Positions 37,880 through 47,111 are shown, counted from the stretch's first letter. The stretch is 64,000 nucleotides of DNA from Patescibacteria group bacterium (GCA_041661745.1 JBAZTR010000003.1:11965-75964), one strand, 5' to 3'. Numbers and translations: made by a program. The notes: a model not told the origin generated them from the sequence alone.

Positions 37880-39580
37880 TTAGATGCTTTGCACATCGCT
37901 TTCCTCATCGATTGTAGATCCGAATTGCAGTTGGGTAGTATCAGCCATATTGAATTCGACGATACCCTTGTTCCAAGTCTGTCCGAAAATATTGTAAGCA
38001 ATAAGTTGAGTGGTAATCCAGTGGAGTTTTCCATCGGAGCCAACCATATAAACCTTAGGGTCATTGGCCATCTTAAGGCGAGTGCCCGGGGCATAGGTGG
38101 CGTCACCGCCGTCCTTCAAAGCATTGAAGGAGGTGGAAGAAATTGTCTCCACATCATTCCAACTGTCAAACCAGCTGAAATAAGTTTTTTCGTTTTGGAT
38201 CCAGTAGGACGTATCATCAAGCACAAGATAAACACGGGAAGAACCAGAAACTTTAACCGCACGGACATCAGATGTACCGGTCATGGCATGAAGCGACAAA
38301 GTGGCTTCATAAACATGATTATCAGAACCATACCAATAAACGTGCATGTCATCGGAAATCACGGCGTTTGAACCGAAACCGAGATTAATTTTACGATCAG
38401 AAGCAGTATCTAAATACCAGATATTACCAGTCGTATCTTCACCAACCACGATGCTACCCAAAGCATCAGTTACAGCAAAAGGATAGGTGGTGGTGGTTTT
38501 TGTGGCAAAATCATACATCTTGCCAACTGTGCCCGAGGAATAATAAAGGGCGGTGTCAGTCAAGGTAAAAGTCTGCGGGTAACCAATGGTGCCAAGGTCG
38601 AGGTCAACGCCAGCGCCACTTACATGCAAACCATCTTCAGGGTCAAGCCAAGCCATACGGCCGTTCACAACCTGTAAGGATTGCTCGTAACTATGATACC
38701 AACTTAATGAATCACCTTGAGCCACTGTTGTTTTACCGTCATAGATAAAACGTTGATATCTGTCAAAAAATTCTATAGTACCATCGGTGCGAAAGTGGGC
38801 ACCAACAATGTCTTCGCTTTCCTCGGTCCAGGTATTAGGCACGGCTTCGGCTGTCTTGGGATCGGCCATGGTGTCGTAAACCCACAATTGTTTAAAACCA
38901 GATTCAAAAACCATTTTTGACAAAATCTTACCATCTTTAACGTCTTGAATTTCATCACGCTGTTGAGTCCATTGTTTCGCAATAACCTTAACCGAATCAG
39001 ATAACTGATCGTATTGATAAATTACTGCGTTGGTAAAACCTTTATGATCGTTCCAATTCAAAGAAGCGTTGATAAAATATTCTCCATTACCTTCCATAAC
39101 ATCGGCGTCTTGGATACCGTCCATGAAGAATTTTTCCAACTCAATGTTTTTTTCGCCAGTAGCTAAATCAAGACTGACAACTTCCCAATAATTGTTGCTG
39201 TCAGCATCAGCGGAATTGATATAAACCAATTCCTCACCATTGTTATAAAAACGTTGTTCGTCCACGGTTTCGTGCGGCACATTGCCGACGAACATGGCCA
39301 TACCGTCGCGAAGCACATACAAATCGTAGCGTTCGCAACCAGTATCAGAAGCACAGGTTCCAGCCGCTTTGGCCACAACCACATTGTCACCTAAAGATAA
39401 CGGACCGTTGAAATCATCAGTGCCGAAATCAAGACGTTCGACTTTGTAGTCGTCGTAGGTCCAAGCCGCAGTGGCTTGAATATAGCTCCAGGAACCGGAA
39501 TCGGCTTGCACAGCCGACGGCATGATCGGTTGAGCGACCATGGCCACGGTAGCCAGAGAGATAAGGGTCTTTTTAAACAT
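37880..39580 (-). CDS. Secreted protein (signal peptide) with the conserved C-terminal ~110-aa domain shared with 28610-31345 and 49397-50191
   Basis: MFKKTLISLATVAMVAQPIMPSAVQA signal. C-terminus ..NDPKVYMVGSDGKLHWITTQLIAYNIFGQTWN.. Confidence 0.6.
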   Translation of the reverse strand: MFKKTLISLATVAMVAQPIMPSAVQADSGSWSYIQATAAWTYDDYKVERLDFGTDDFNGPLSLGDNVVVAKAAGTCASDTGCERYDLYVLRDGMAMFVGNVPHETVDEQRFYNNGEELVYINSADADSNNYWEVVSLDLATGEKNIELEKFFMDGIQDADVMEGNGEYFINASLNWNDHKGFTNAVIYQYDQLSDSVKVIAKQWTQQRDEIQDVKDGKILSKMVFESGFKQLWVYDTMADPKTAEAVPNTWTEESEDIVGAHFRTDGTIEFFDRYQRFIYDGKTTVAQGDSLSWYHSYEQSLQVVNGRMAWLDPEDGLHVSGAGVDLDLGTIGYPQTFTLTDTALYYSSGTVGKMYDFATKTTTTYPFAVTDALGSIVVGEDTTGNIWYLDTASDRKINLGFGSNAVISDDMHVYWYGSDNHVYEATLSLHAMTGTSDVRAVKVSGSSRVYLVLDDTSYWIQNEKTYFSWFDSWNDVETISSTSFNALKDGGDATYAPGTRLKMANDPKVYMVGSDGKLHWITTQLIAYNIFGQTWNKGIVEFNMADTTQLQFGSTIDEESDVQSI

Positions 39581-39704
39581 AAAAACGATTGTTTATTTAG
39601 CTTAATTTTGACCGACTAATATACCATAAAACAACGGTTTTGTCAATGAGGCAATAAGAAAAATAGGCTTAAATTAGCCTATTTTAATAACATTAAAACT
39701 GGTT

Positions 39705-40550
39705 TTAAGATAGAAACTTCTTTACATCGGCCAAAGTAACCTTTTTCCGACCTGGCTGGTTTTTGTAACCCCAATTGTCACCTTCCCCGAAAACAAAGCC
39801 GCCAAATTTCTTTAAAAAAGCTTCGGCGATTGGTGTTTCCTGCACGCTTATAGCGTTGCGACCGTTCTCCACCAAAATAATTGGCGGTGATTTTTTAAGC
39901 CGCTGCCAAACCAATTCGGAAAGATAAGCCCGCAAGCCAAATTTGGAATTTATCGTTACAATAAAAAATCCGTTCCATTCTTTTCGTTTTTGCCAAGCCA
40001 ATCGCGCTTTCTTTTGATAAATCTTTTCTTTGGCCGGATCAACAAAAATTATGTTTAATTTTTTTCGAAAAGAAAAGACTTTTTTTATTTCCACGGTTGA
40101 ATAACCGGCTCGGCCTAAAGCTTCGATAAAGCCGCGATCTAAAATTCCAATACCGCGCACCAGACGCGGTGAAAAACCCAAAGCCGAAAGTTTTTTATCA
40201 GTCAGATTGAATAATTTTAAAAATTGTTCGAGGGAGGATGGTTTAATTTTTCTCTTGACATCATGGGCACGATCAAGCGTTCCGTATTGGTGATGATCGA
40301 TGATAACTAATTCCCTTCCGGCTTGCCGCAACTTCGTTTCTGTTTTAATCCCTGGCATTTCTACGATAAAAATCTTTTGATATTTCCCGGCTTGAATCTT
40401 TTTTAACAAACCCTTCTCTTTATCTAAAGTTGCCCCATGTTCTTGCCACGAAGCAATGATCGGCAAACCAATGGCCGCGGCAAGTTTGGCAATCAAAACC
40501 GCTTCGGCATCATTGATAGGAATAACGATCACGTTGTCTTTTAGATTCAT
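39705..40550 (-). CDS. Hypothetical protein (start at internal Met MNLKDNVIV)
   Basis: 281 aa; no family recognised with confidence. Confidence 0.4.
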   Translation of the reverse strand: MNLKDNVIVIPINDAEAVLIAKLAAAIGLPIIASWQEHGATLDKEKGLLKKIQAGKYQKIFIVEMPGIKTETKLRQAGRELVIIDHHQYGTLDRAHDVKRKIKPSSLEQFLKLFNLTDKKLSALGFSPRLVRGIGILDRGFIEALGRAGYSTVEIKKVFSFRKKLNIIFVDPAKEKIYQKKARLAWQKRKEWNGFFIVTINSKFGLRAYLSELVWQRLKKSPPIILVENGRNAISVQETPIAEAFLKKFGGFVFGEGDNWGYKNQPGRKKVTLADVKKFLS

Positions 40551-40570
40551 AATGGTTTGATTATAACAAA

Positions 40571-40642
40571 ACTCCCTTCCGCCAACCACTGGGAAGTGAC
40601 TGAAAGAAGGGGGCCGTCGAATTCGCTTTCGACGGGAAGATG
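40571..40642. repeat. Repeat element R_X (CTCCCTTCCGCCAACCACT...GAAGGGGG GCCGTCGAATTCGCTTTCGACGG GAAGATGG), 3' of island gene A
   Basis: The 5' half recurs at 41065-41112 and the hairpin half at 41879-41911. Confidence 0.7.
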
Positions 40643-40661
40643 GTTAGCGACCTTACGTTGA

Positions 40662-41039
40662 CTACAATTCCGCGGTCTCGATCGAGACGCGGATGAGCCG
40701 AACGTAACGGTCAAAGGCGAAGACCGCCCGGCCGGCCTCGTCGGTGCCGGCGACGATCAACCGCCCGGTCGCGTCGCGCTTGAACTCGGCGCGGAGCAGC
40801 GGGAAGGTGATTTCGCTGCGGGCCCCGAGGAGGCGCGCGAGGATCGGGAGAGGGGCGACCACTTCGGCCGCCACAACCTCGCCGACCTCGGCCGCCAACC
40901 GAGCCACCGTTCCGATGGGGTCGTCGCCAAAGGCGACGTCCATCGTGACGATTTCGAGGTCAATGCCGAACTTGGCACGGAGCCAGTCTTCGGCCGCGGG
41001 GAGGACGGGGTGACGGGTGATTCGGAGGAATTTGGACAT
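40662..41039 (-). CDS. Hypothetical protein A (125 aa) of the high-GC cassette array
   Basis: AGGAG 7 nt before the ATG. GC3-rich codons. 3' end encoded by a 14-bp palindrome GTCTCGATCGAGAC. Confidence 0.5.
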   Translation of the reverse strand: MSKFLRITRHPVLPAAEDWLRAKFGIDLEIVTMDVAFGDDPIGTVARLAAEVGEVVAAEVVAPLPILARLLGARSEITFPLLRAEFKRDATGRLIVAGTDEAGRAVFAFDRYVRLIRVSIETAEL

Positions 41040-41064
41040 GAGGAACTCCTAGGTTTGTTTTTCT

Positions 41065-41112
41065 CCCTTCCGCCAACCACTCGAGAGTGATTAGAAAAAG
41101 GGAGCTGTCGTG
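41065..41112. repeat. Repeat element R_Y (CTCCCTTCCGCCAACCACTCGAGAGTGATTAGAAAAAGGGAGCTGTCG)
   Basis: About 80% identical to the 5' half of R_X. Confidence 0.7.
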
Positions 41113-41234
41113 GAACAAGTACGATCCACAACAGGACGATTGTTTGGCCTTCCGCCCCCGCGGGCTAGGCTATACCTCCATTAAAGGTTAGGGGTTAAAG
41201 ATGGGCCGACCCGGCCGCCTTTCGGAGTTACCTC

Positions 41235-41723
41235 CTACTTGGCAGCCGATGCCGTTTTGGCCGGAGCCGAAGCCGCCCGCTTGGCCGCGGCCGAGCTGAT
41301 GCCAGACGCCTCGAGGGCGGCCGCCATCTTCTCGGCATTGGCCTCCGCCTCGATGCGCGCGGTGAGGCGGGCGGCGTGAGCCACCGCAACCTCGAGCCGC
41401 GCGACGCTGCGTCGGTGGGCCTCGAGAACCTCGACCAGCCGATTGGCCGCCAGTCGCTTGGCCGCAAGGGCCTCGCGACGAGCAGCTTCGGCGGCCCGCC
41501 CTTCCGCGATCGGCGCCTGGCGGGCAGCCGACCTCTGGAAGGCGGCGTCGGCCGCGACAAAGGCGGCGTCGGCATTCCGGCTTTCGACCTCGCGGTCGAA
41601 GAGGCGTGCCTCGACAGCCTTGAGGTCGGCCTGAGCCGGTCTCACCGCGAGCTTGATCTGGCGGTGGAGCTCGTCGGCCGGGGTAACGACGCGAGGGGCA
41701 CGGACAATACGAGCATGGAACAT
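41235..41723 (-). CDS. Ala/Arg-rich coiled-coil protein B (162 aa) of the high-GC cassette array
   Basis: AGGAGA 6 nt before ATG 41723. MFHARIVRAPRVV... The longer ORF-track versions (41846 start, or the Arg/Gly-rich alternate frame) are rejected. Confidence 0.5.
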   Translation of the reverse strand: MFHARIVRAPRVVTPADELHRQIKLAVRPAQADLKAVEARLFDREVESRNADAAFVAADAAFQRSAARQAPIAEGRAAEAARREALAAKRLAANRLVEVLEAHRRSVARLEVAVAHAARLTARIEAEANAEKMAAALEASGISSAAAKRAASAPAKTASAAK

Positions 41724-41878
41724 GACTGTCTCCTGACTGGGGGTAGAAGGAAAAGACCAGGAATAAATGATTGCTTGCCGTGGATCTCGGCCGGAACCAA
41801 GGAGGTGACCGAACGACCTGGCAAAGATCACATAGCAAGCAACCAAGAAATGATTTTATAAAAAATCAGCTCTTGGTT

Positions 41879-41911
41879 GCCGTCGAGTTCGTTCTCGACG
41901 GGAAGGATTGG
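41879..41911. repeat. Repeat element R_Z (GCCGTCGAGTTCGTTCTCGACGGGAAGGATTGG), hairpin half of R_X, immediately 3' of gene C
   Basis: CCGTCGAG..CTCGACGG inverted repeat. Confidence 0.7.
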
Positions 41912-41916
41912 CCGTA

Positions 41917-42078
41917 TCACACGGACCCGGTGCAGACGCGACGGATGATCTTTCCGTCACGCCGAACCACCACCACCTTCGGCCGCTTGGGCTTTGGGGT
42001 GGACCGGACGAGAGCCTCCGGATTGGTGGTGAACCAGGTGGCCAGATGCATTACGACGCCGTAGGACTTGGTAGTCAT
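41917..42078 (-). CDS. Small basic protein C (53 aa; below the ORF-track size cutoff)
   Basis: AGGAG 6 nt before ATG 42078. Hand translation: MTTKSYGVVMHLATWFTTNPEALVRSTPKPKRPKVVVVRRDGKIIRRVCTGSV*. Confidence 0.4.
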   Translation of the reverse strand: MTTKSYGVVMHLATWFTTNPEALVRSTPKPKRPKVVVVRRDGKIIRRVCTGSV

Positions 42079-42407
42079 CAGAAACTCCTGTTAAGGGGTG
42101 ACAACTTTTTTGGAAACATAAAGGGGACTTTGCAAGTCCCCAGAATATTTTTTGCTCCGGAAATTTGCCCGACACTTCCCCACCATTCGCCCAGGTCTGG
42201 GGTCCCAAACTAAGACAGGTTTGTGCCGAACAAATTTCCGGATCCGATCGAATTAACCTAATCCGATCAGTACGGCTAAAGTAGCCACCGCTGAAACTAT
42301 ATAAGTGATTGGGTACAACATAGAATTTCTTCTGCTGATAACAAGCATGGGGTTATCGGCAAGAGAGATTCGCGCAATCGGTTAGCCAAACCGACTGCGC
42401 GAGACGT

Positions 42408-42436
42408 GCCCCGAGGCTTCAGCCTCGGGTGTTTTG
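42408..42436 (+). terminator. Intrinsic terminator CCCGAGGC ttca GCCTCGGG TGTTTTGG
   Basis: 8-bp GC stem and tetraloop. The T-run follows on the plus strand only. Confidence 0.55.
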
Positions 42437-42475
42437 GACACACCTCCGGAAGTTTTTCGTTTATCCCCTGTTTTA

Positions 42476-42500
42476 GCCGTTGTCCAGACGGCTTTTTACC
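42476..42500 (+). terminator. Weaker terminator AGCCGT tgtccag ACGGCT TTTTACC
   Basis: 6-bp stem plus T-run. Confidence 0.35.
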
Positions 42501-42954
42501 AAGAAAACCTCGGCACGTGCCGAGTGCACGCATAGAGTGTTGGCCATACACTCCGCCTTGATTTTTCGGAAAACATGGGGTGTTAAGCGATCCGCAACAG
42601 GATCCGGAACATCTAATCTCTCTTAGAATGTTCCGATTTCTGTAGCGGATTTTACTCAATACATAATTTTTGCTGTATTGAGTCCAGATTGCCGAATTGG
42701 AACCTCGGACAAGGGTAAAACCCATGTTTTAACTGAATTCTGGGTGAAGTTGCCTATTCGAACAGTCCAGATCGCTTAGTGGCTCTTCGCTCACTTGTTC
42801 ACAAGCATTGAACGTTGCACTCTAACATAAACATAAAATACTGTCAAGGGTTAAAGTACCAAATCGACTATTTTGGCTAAAGTTAGAATAAAAAAATGTC
42901 CACGGTAAGTGGACAAATACTATTTTTTATCTAATATTAGCTGTATTTTACCCC

Positions 42955-42990
42955 TTGACAAATTTCCTGATTGTGATATTATAGCTTGTC
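42955..42990 (+). promoter_or_regulatory. Near-consensus sigma70 promoter: TTGACA, 16-17 nt, TATTAT/ATTATA
   Basis: cTTGACAaatttcctgattgtgaTATTATAgcttg. The predicted transcript starts near 42992 and is antisense to the 3' side of the TrmB-family gene. Confidence 0.5.
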
Positions 42991-43357
42991 TTTCAAAGGG
43001 GAAACCCAATGATTGACCGCTGCTGGACATCCGTTCAGCAGACCAGAGTCAGGTCGCCTCATCGCGACCTGGAGGACGACATGAACGGCTAACCCCCCCC
43101 TCTTCTAGTGCGGGGTGTTGGCAAAACTCCCATTCGTTGAATGGAGTCAAAAGGGGCAGAAACGTCCGTGAACAAAGAAAACACGGGCGACCGACAACAA
43201 GAACTTCGCCCCTTTAATCATGGATCATGGTCAACCTGACCCCGGTCCAAGACAAGACTCTTCAACGGAGGTGCGTTATGGGAGGCGCCTAACACCCCCA
43301 CAGCCCCCGCGGCACCAATGGTCTCGACGACCTGCGGTGCCCGGGGGTTCGTGATAT

Positions 43358-44104
43358 CTAGCGATCTTTTTCCGCGCCGTCCCAGGCCGCGTCAAACAAA
43401 ACCTTAGCGGTTTCGGCAAAAATTTTATTTTCCAAAACTACGGCAATTATTTTTCCAACAAAAGAAACAAAGGCAACACGGTTCCCATAGATCCAAATGT
43501 CACCATGAAATTCACCTAATTTATTTTTATCTAAAAAACGATAAGTAACCTTTTCACGTCGATGGGTCAATTCCCCGATGTGCAGAAGGTTAATTTTTAT
43601 TTTACCGGGATCAAGAACCATCCGAACATCTTTCAAAAGTTCAGAGTCTAAAAGATTATAGACATCCTCCATGTTAGATAATTCGCGTAAAGAATCTGGG
43701 GCAACTGAAGCCACGTCGGTAAAAATAGCGCTTAGAGCTTCTTGGCCCTCAAAAAAACGCACGGCTGGACGTTCGCCGCCACCCAACATTTTCACCTCTG
43801 GTAAAACCTTGTTTAAAGTTTCCAACTTTTCCTGCATTTCATGAACATGTTCTTTAAAATGCGATAAAGCGCGTTCCGGCTCTTCGGCAGCAAAAACCCG
43901 CTTCTTGCCACGTTCGTGAGAAGACATTAAACCGCGGTTTTGTAAGGCCTCAATATTGGTATAAGTGGCCGTGCGAGAGAGGTTGGCTTTTTTGGCAATT
44001 TCTTGTACCGGGGCTGGGCCAAGGTTCAAGCTGGCAAAATAAACCTTAGTTTCGGTTTCCGATAAACCGAGCGAGGTAAATAATCGAAAGATATCAGTTG
44101 ACAT
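43358..44104 (-). CDS. TrmB-family transcriptional regulator (N-terminal wHTH plus C-terminal domain)
   Basis: Start of protein ..KVYFASLNLGPAPVQEIAKKANLSRTATYTNIEALQNRGLM.. is a TrmB-type HTH. Confidence 0.7.
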   Translation of the reverse strand: MSTDIFRLFTSLGLSETETKVYFASLNLGPAPVQEIAKKANLSRTATYTNIEALQNRGLMSSHERGKKRVFAAEEPERALSHFKEHVHEMQEKLETLNKVLPEVKMLGGGERPAVRFFEGQEALSAIFTDVASVAPDSLRELSNMEDVYNLLDSELLKDVRMVLDPGKIKINLLHIGELTHRREKVTYRFLDKNKLGEFHGDIWIYGNRVAFVSFVGKIIAVVLENKIFAETAKVLFDAAWDGAEKDR

Positions 44105-44180
44105 AACGGGGGTATTATATCAGAGAGGGTTAATGGTTAGAAGAGGGACTATTTTTTTGAACAGACGCTCGGGCGTTAAG

Positions 44181-44215
44181 GCATTAAAAAACAGAGCCAG
44201 CTGGCCCTGTTTTTT
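44181..44215. terminator. Hairpin CAGAGCCAGCTGGCCCTG flanked by A- and T-runs (ileS terminator on the minus strand)
   Basis: The minus strand reads ACAGGGCCAGCUGGCUCUGUUUUUU. Confidence 0.5.
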
Positions 44216-44222
44216 TATTTTA

Positions 44223-47111
44223 TTAAACCTTAATAAAACCAACGGTTATATCGCACTCGTTAAGACGAAAGGCCTCACAAATTTCCGGGCGTTCGCCAGT
44301 TGTACGGAGATTGTTGGCTAAAGTGCCAACACGAATCGTCTCCCCATATTCTTCAATCATTTTCTGAGCCTCGACTTCAGCACTTTCGAAATAAATTTCA
44401 ATGCGATCTTCGATGGTCAATTTATTATTCTTACGCATTTCGTTAATGCGACGAACCAGGTCGCGAGCCATGCCTTCACGAAGCAATTCTGGCGTAAGAT
44501 TAACATCGAGCTCAACGTTGTACTCGCCTTTTTCAACAATCACGGCTTTTACATTAACTTCGTCTTTAATGATTTCAATAAGTTCGGCATCCAACTCCCC
44601 TTCTGGCAACCATACAGTGGCTGAAGCGAGTGGTTGGCGCACCGGTCGGCCGGTTTCAGCCCGGGCTTCCAAAATTTTGGAAACGACTGAACGAGCACGA
44701 GCCATGCGCTCCAAAAGTTTTTCATCAATTAATGCGACGTCAGCCGTCGGCCAATCATCAAGATGAACCGAAGCCTTGCCCCCTTGAAGTCGCAAGTAAA
44801 TAGCGTCAGACAAAAACGGAGTAAACGGGGCCATGAGTTTGGTAATGCCAAGCAAACATTCACGCAAGGTGAAAATAGCCGCGGCTTTGTCAGCTTCGTC
44901 CGATCCTTTAAAGCGATCGCGACTGCGGCGGACAAACCAGGTTGAAAGATCATTGATAAAATCAGCAATGGCCCGTACCGGTTCGGTCACTTTATAATTT
45001 TCCAACTGTTCGGTTGAATCTTTTATTAATTGATTCAGGCGAGATAGAACCCAACGATCCAAAACATTTTCCTTCTCTTTTTCTCCCTTTATTTCCCTTT
45101 CCTTCCCTTCATAGAGTTCGTAAAAAGTCATGATGTTCCAAAGGATCATGAAAACTTTCTTAATCATTTCATCGAGCGATTTCAAATCAAACCGTTTGGA
45201 ATCACCAGGCTGATTAATGGAATACATGTACCAGCGCACGGAATCAGCTCCGTATTTATTTATGGTCTCGACCGGATCAACAACGTTGCCGATGGACTTA
45301 GACATTTTCTTTCCTTGAGCATCAAGAACGTGTCCCAAACAAATGACATTTTTGTAAGGACGTTCTTTGCCAAGCAAGGTGGCCACAGCGAGCAGAGTGT
45401 AAAACCAACCGCGGGTTTGATCGATAGCCTCGGAAATATAATCAGCCGGATAGGCTGTCGCTTGCCCCTCGGAGCCCGGCGAAGTGGGGTCGATCTTTTC
45501 TTTATTCTCGAAAGGATAATGCCATTGAGCGAAAGGCATACAACCGGAATCAAACCATACGTCGCAGACTTCCGGGATGCGTTTCATTTGTTCGCCACAG
45601 CTGTCGCATTTAATCAAAACATCATCAACAAAAGGACGATGCGGATCAAACGGCTCGGCCATAGGTGTGACTGCCTTGGCTTTCAATTCTTCAAAACTTC
45701 CAATGCAAGTTTTTTGGCCGCAGGAACAGGTCCAAATCGGCAGTGGTGTACCCCAGTAACGCTCACGGGAAAAGGCCCAGTCCTTAACTTCACGCAGCCA
45801 TTCACCAAAACGACCTTCCTTAATATAATCAGGCTCCCAATGAATGTTTTCGTTTCCTTCAATCAGTTTATCGCGCAAAGAACTCATTTTGATATACCAA
45901 GAAAACTTGGCCAGATAGAGGAGCGGGGCTTTGCAACGCCAACAGAAAGGATAGGTATGACGATAAGTTTCTTCTTTATATAACAAACCGCGATCCAATA
46001 AATCTTTTTTAATATCTTCGTCGGCCTTTTTCATGAACTTACCAAAGCCCGGTGACTTTTCCGAACTAACCATGCCGGTTTGATCAACAGTAAAAATAAC
46101 TGGCAATTTTTCCGCGTCACCTAAACGTGAGTCATCCTCACCATAAGCCGGAGCAATATGAACAATTCCCGAACCATCGGTCGTGGAAACGAAATCAGCG
46201 GTGTAAACTTTGTAAGCTTTTTCTTTTTCTCGTCCGGGGGTGTCGTAATAGGTTTCGTAGAGCGGAACATATTTCATTCCAACCAATTCTGATCCGTTTT
46301 TCTCCCACACGGTTTCAAAAGATTCACTAACTTTTCCAAGTAGTCCGCTGGCTAAAATAAATTTTTCACCATTAGCCAACTTAATCTGTGAATATGAAAT
46401 ATTTTCACCAATAGCCAAAGCTACGTTACTCGGCAAGGTCCACGGAGTGGTGGTCCAAACTAAAAAGTAGCTATTCTCTTCCCCTTCAATTTTAAACTTA
46501 ATGTAAACCGACTGGTCATCGACCTCTTTGTATCCTTGAGCCAACTCGTGTGAAGACAAAGTTGTTACACAACGTGGACAATGTGGCACGACTTTATAAT
46601 CTTGATACAAAAGATCCTTGTCCCAAATCTGTTTAATGATCCACCACAACGACTCGACGTATTCGGAATGATAAGTGACGTACGGTTTGTCGAGGTCAAG
46701 CCAGAAAGCGATGCGCTTGGTAATTTTTTGCCAATCCTCAAGATACTTCCAAACACTTTCGCGACATTTTTTGTTGAATGGTTCAATGCCAAAATTTTCA
46801 ATGTCTTTCTTACCGGAAAAACCAAGTTGCTTTTCAACTTCAATTTCCACCGGCAAACCATGGGTGTCCCAGCCAGCCTTGCGATCGACTAAATACCCTT
46901 GCATGGTGCGGAAACGCAAAAGGCAATCTTTAAAAGCGCGCGACTCGACGTGGTGAATGCCGGGTTTACCATTGGCAGTAGGAGGCCCTTCAAAAAAAAC
47001 AAAACGGCCTTTGGGGGCAGCCTTGGCCAGGGTTTGTTCAAAAATCTTTTCTTTCTCCCAGTTTTCCAGGAGTTGTTCCTCGATTTGAGGAAAATTTGGT
47101 CTATCGGACAT
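44223..47111 (-). CDS. ileS: Isoleucine--tRNA ligase
   Basis: PPTANGKPGIHHV (HIGH region), KMSKSIGN, editing domain. 962 aa. Confidence 0.95.
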   Translation of the reverse strand: MSDRPNFPQIEEQLLENWEKEKIFEQTLAKAAPKGRFVFFEGPPTANGKPGIHHVESRAFKDCLLRFRTMQGYLVDRKAGWDTHGLPVEIEVEKQLGFSGKKDIENFGIEPFNKKCRESVWKYLEDWQKITKRIAFWLDLDKPYVTYHSEYVESLWWIIKQIWDKDLLYQDYKVVPHCPRCVTTLSSHELAQGYKEVDDQSVYIKFKIEGEENSYFLVWTTTPWTLPSNVALAIGENISYSQIKLANGEKFILASGLLGKVSESFETVWEKNGSELVGMKYVPLYETYYDTPGREKEKAYKVYTADFVSTTDGSGIVHIAPAYGEDDSRLGDAEKLPVIFTVDQTGMVSSEKSPGFGKFMKKADEDIKKDLLDRGLLYKEETYRHTYPFCWRCKAPLLYLAKFSWYIKMSSLRDKLIEGNENIHWEPDYIKEGRFGEWLREVKDWAFSRERYWGTPLPIWTCSCGQKTCIGSFEELKAKAVTPMAEPFDPHRPFVDDVLIKCDSCGEQMKRIPEVCDVWFDSGCMPFAQWHYPFENKEKIDPTSPGSEGQATAYPADYISEAIDQTRGWFYTLLAVATLLGKERPYKNVICLGHVLDAQGKKMSKSIGNVVDPVETINKYGADSVRWYMYSINQPGDSKRFDLKSLDEMIKKVFMILWNIMTFYELYEGKEREIKGEKEKENVLDRWVLSRLNQLIKDSTEQLENYKVTEPVRAIADFINDLSTWFVRRSRDRFKGSDEADKAAAIFTLRECLLGITKLMAPFTPFLSDAIYLRLQGGKASVHLDDWPTADVALIDEKLLERMARARSVVSKILEARAETGRPVRQPLASATVWLPEGELDAELIEIIKDEVNVKAVIVEKGEYNVELDVNLTPELLREGMARDLVRRINEMRKNNKLTIEDRIEIYFESAEVEAQKMIEEYGETIRVGTLANNLRTTGERPEICEAFRLNECDITVGFIKV

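Larger units (their letters stand above)
42096..43357. other. ORF-free, hairpin-dense region of about 1.26 kb (candidate structured ncRNA locus)
   Basis: No credible ORF on either strand. At least nine perfect or near-perfect hairpins. Two plus-strand intrinsic terminators and one near-consensus promoter. Confidence 0.5.

Noticed and set aside
41188-41838. ORF 41188-41838 (216 aa, RGRRAPPP.. low complexity) and the 203-aa extension of gene B starting at 41846
   Set aside because: The first is the wrong frame over gene B. The second extends upstream of the AGGAGA-ATG (41723) start without an SD and reads through non-coding-looking sequence.
40565-42095. Interpreting the cassette-like block as an integron
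   Set aside because: No IntI-like integrase gene and no attI site. The repeats lack GTTRRRY / RYYYAAC core sites. Only the ORF-then-structured-repeat organisation is shared.
42297-42725. ORF 42297-42725 (142 aa) inside the long noncoding region
   Set aside because: No SD or sensible start context. Product is Cys/Arg/Ser-rich junk-like. It overlaps three intrinsic-terminator-like hairpins. Treated as noncoding.
42890-42960. Chromosomal replication origin (AT-rich stretch plus inverted TGTCCAC/GTGGACA resembling DnaA boxes)
   Set aside because: Only two imperfect box-like 7-mers. No dnaA/dnaN nearby. The AT-rich segment is better explained as promoter context.
42992-43357. Identification of the promoter-driven transcript as RNase P RNA, tmRNA, SRP or 6S RNA
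   Set aside because: There is local resemblance to RNase P P2/P3/P12 and to the SRP GUCAGGUC motif. However, the universally conserved P4 strands (GGAAAGUCCGG / ACAGNARCCGGCUUA), the tmRNA acceptor/T-arm and ALAA tag frame, and the SRP GGAA tetraloop-symmetric loop are all absent. Left as unassigned.
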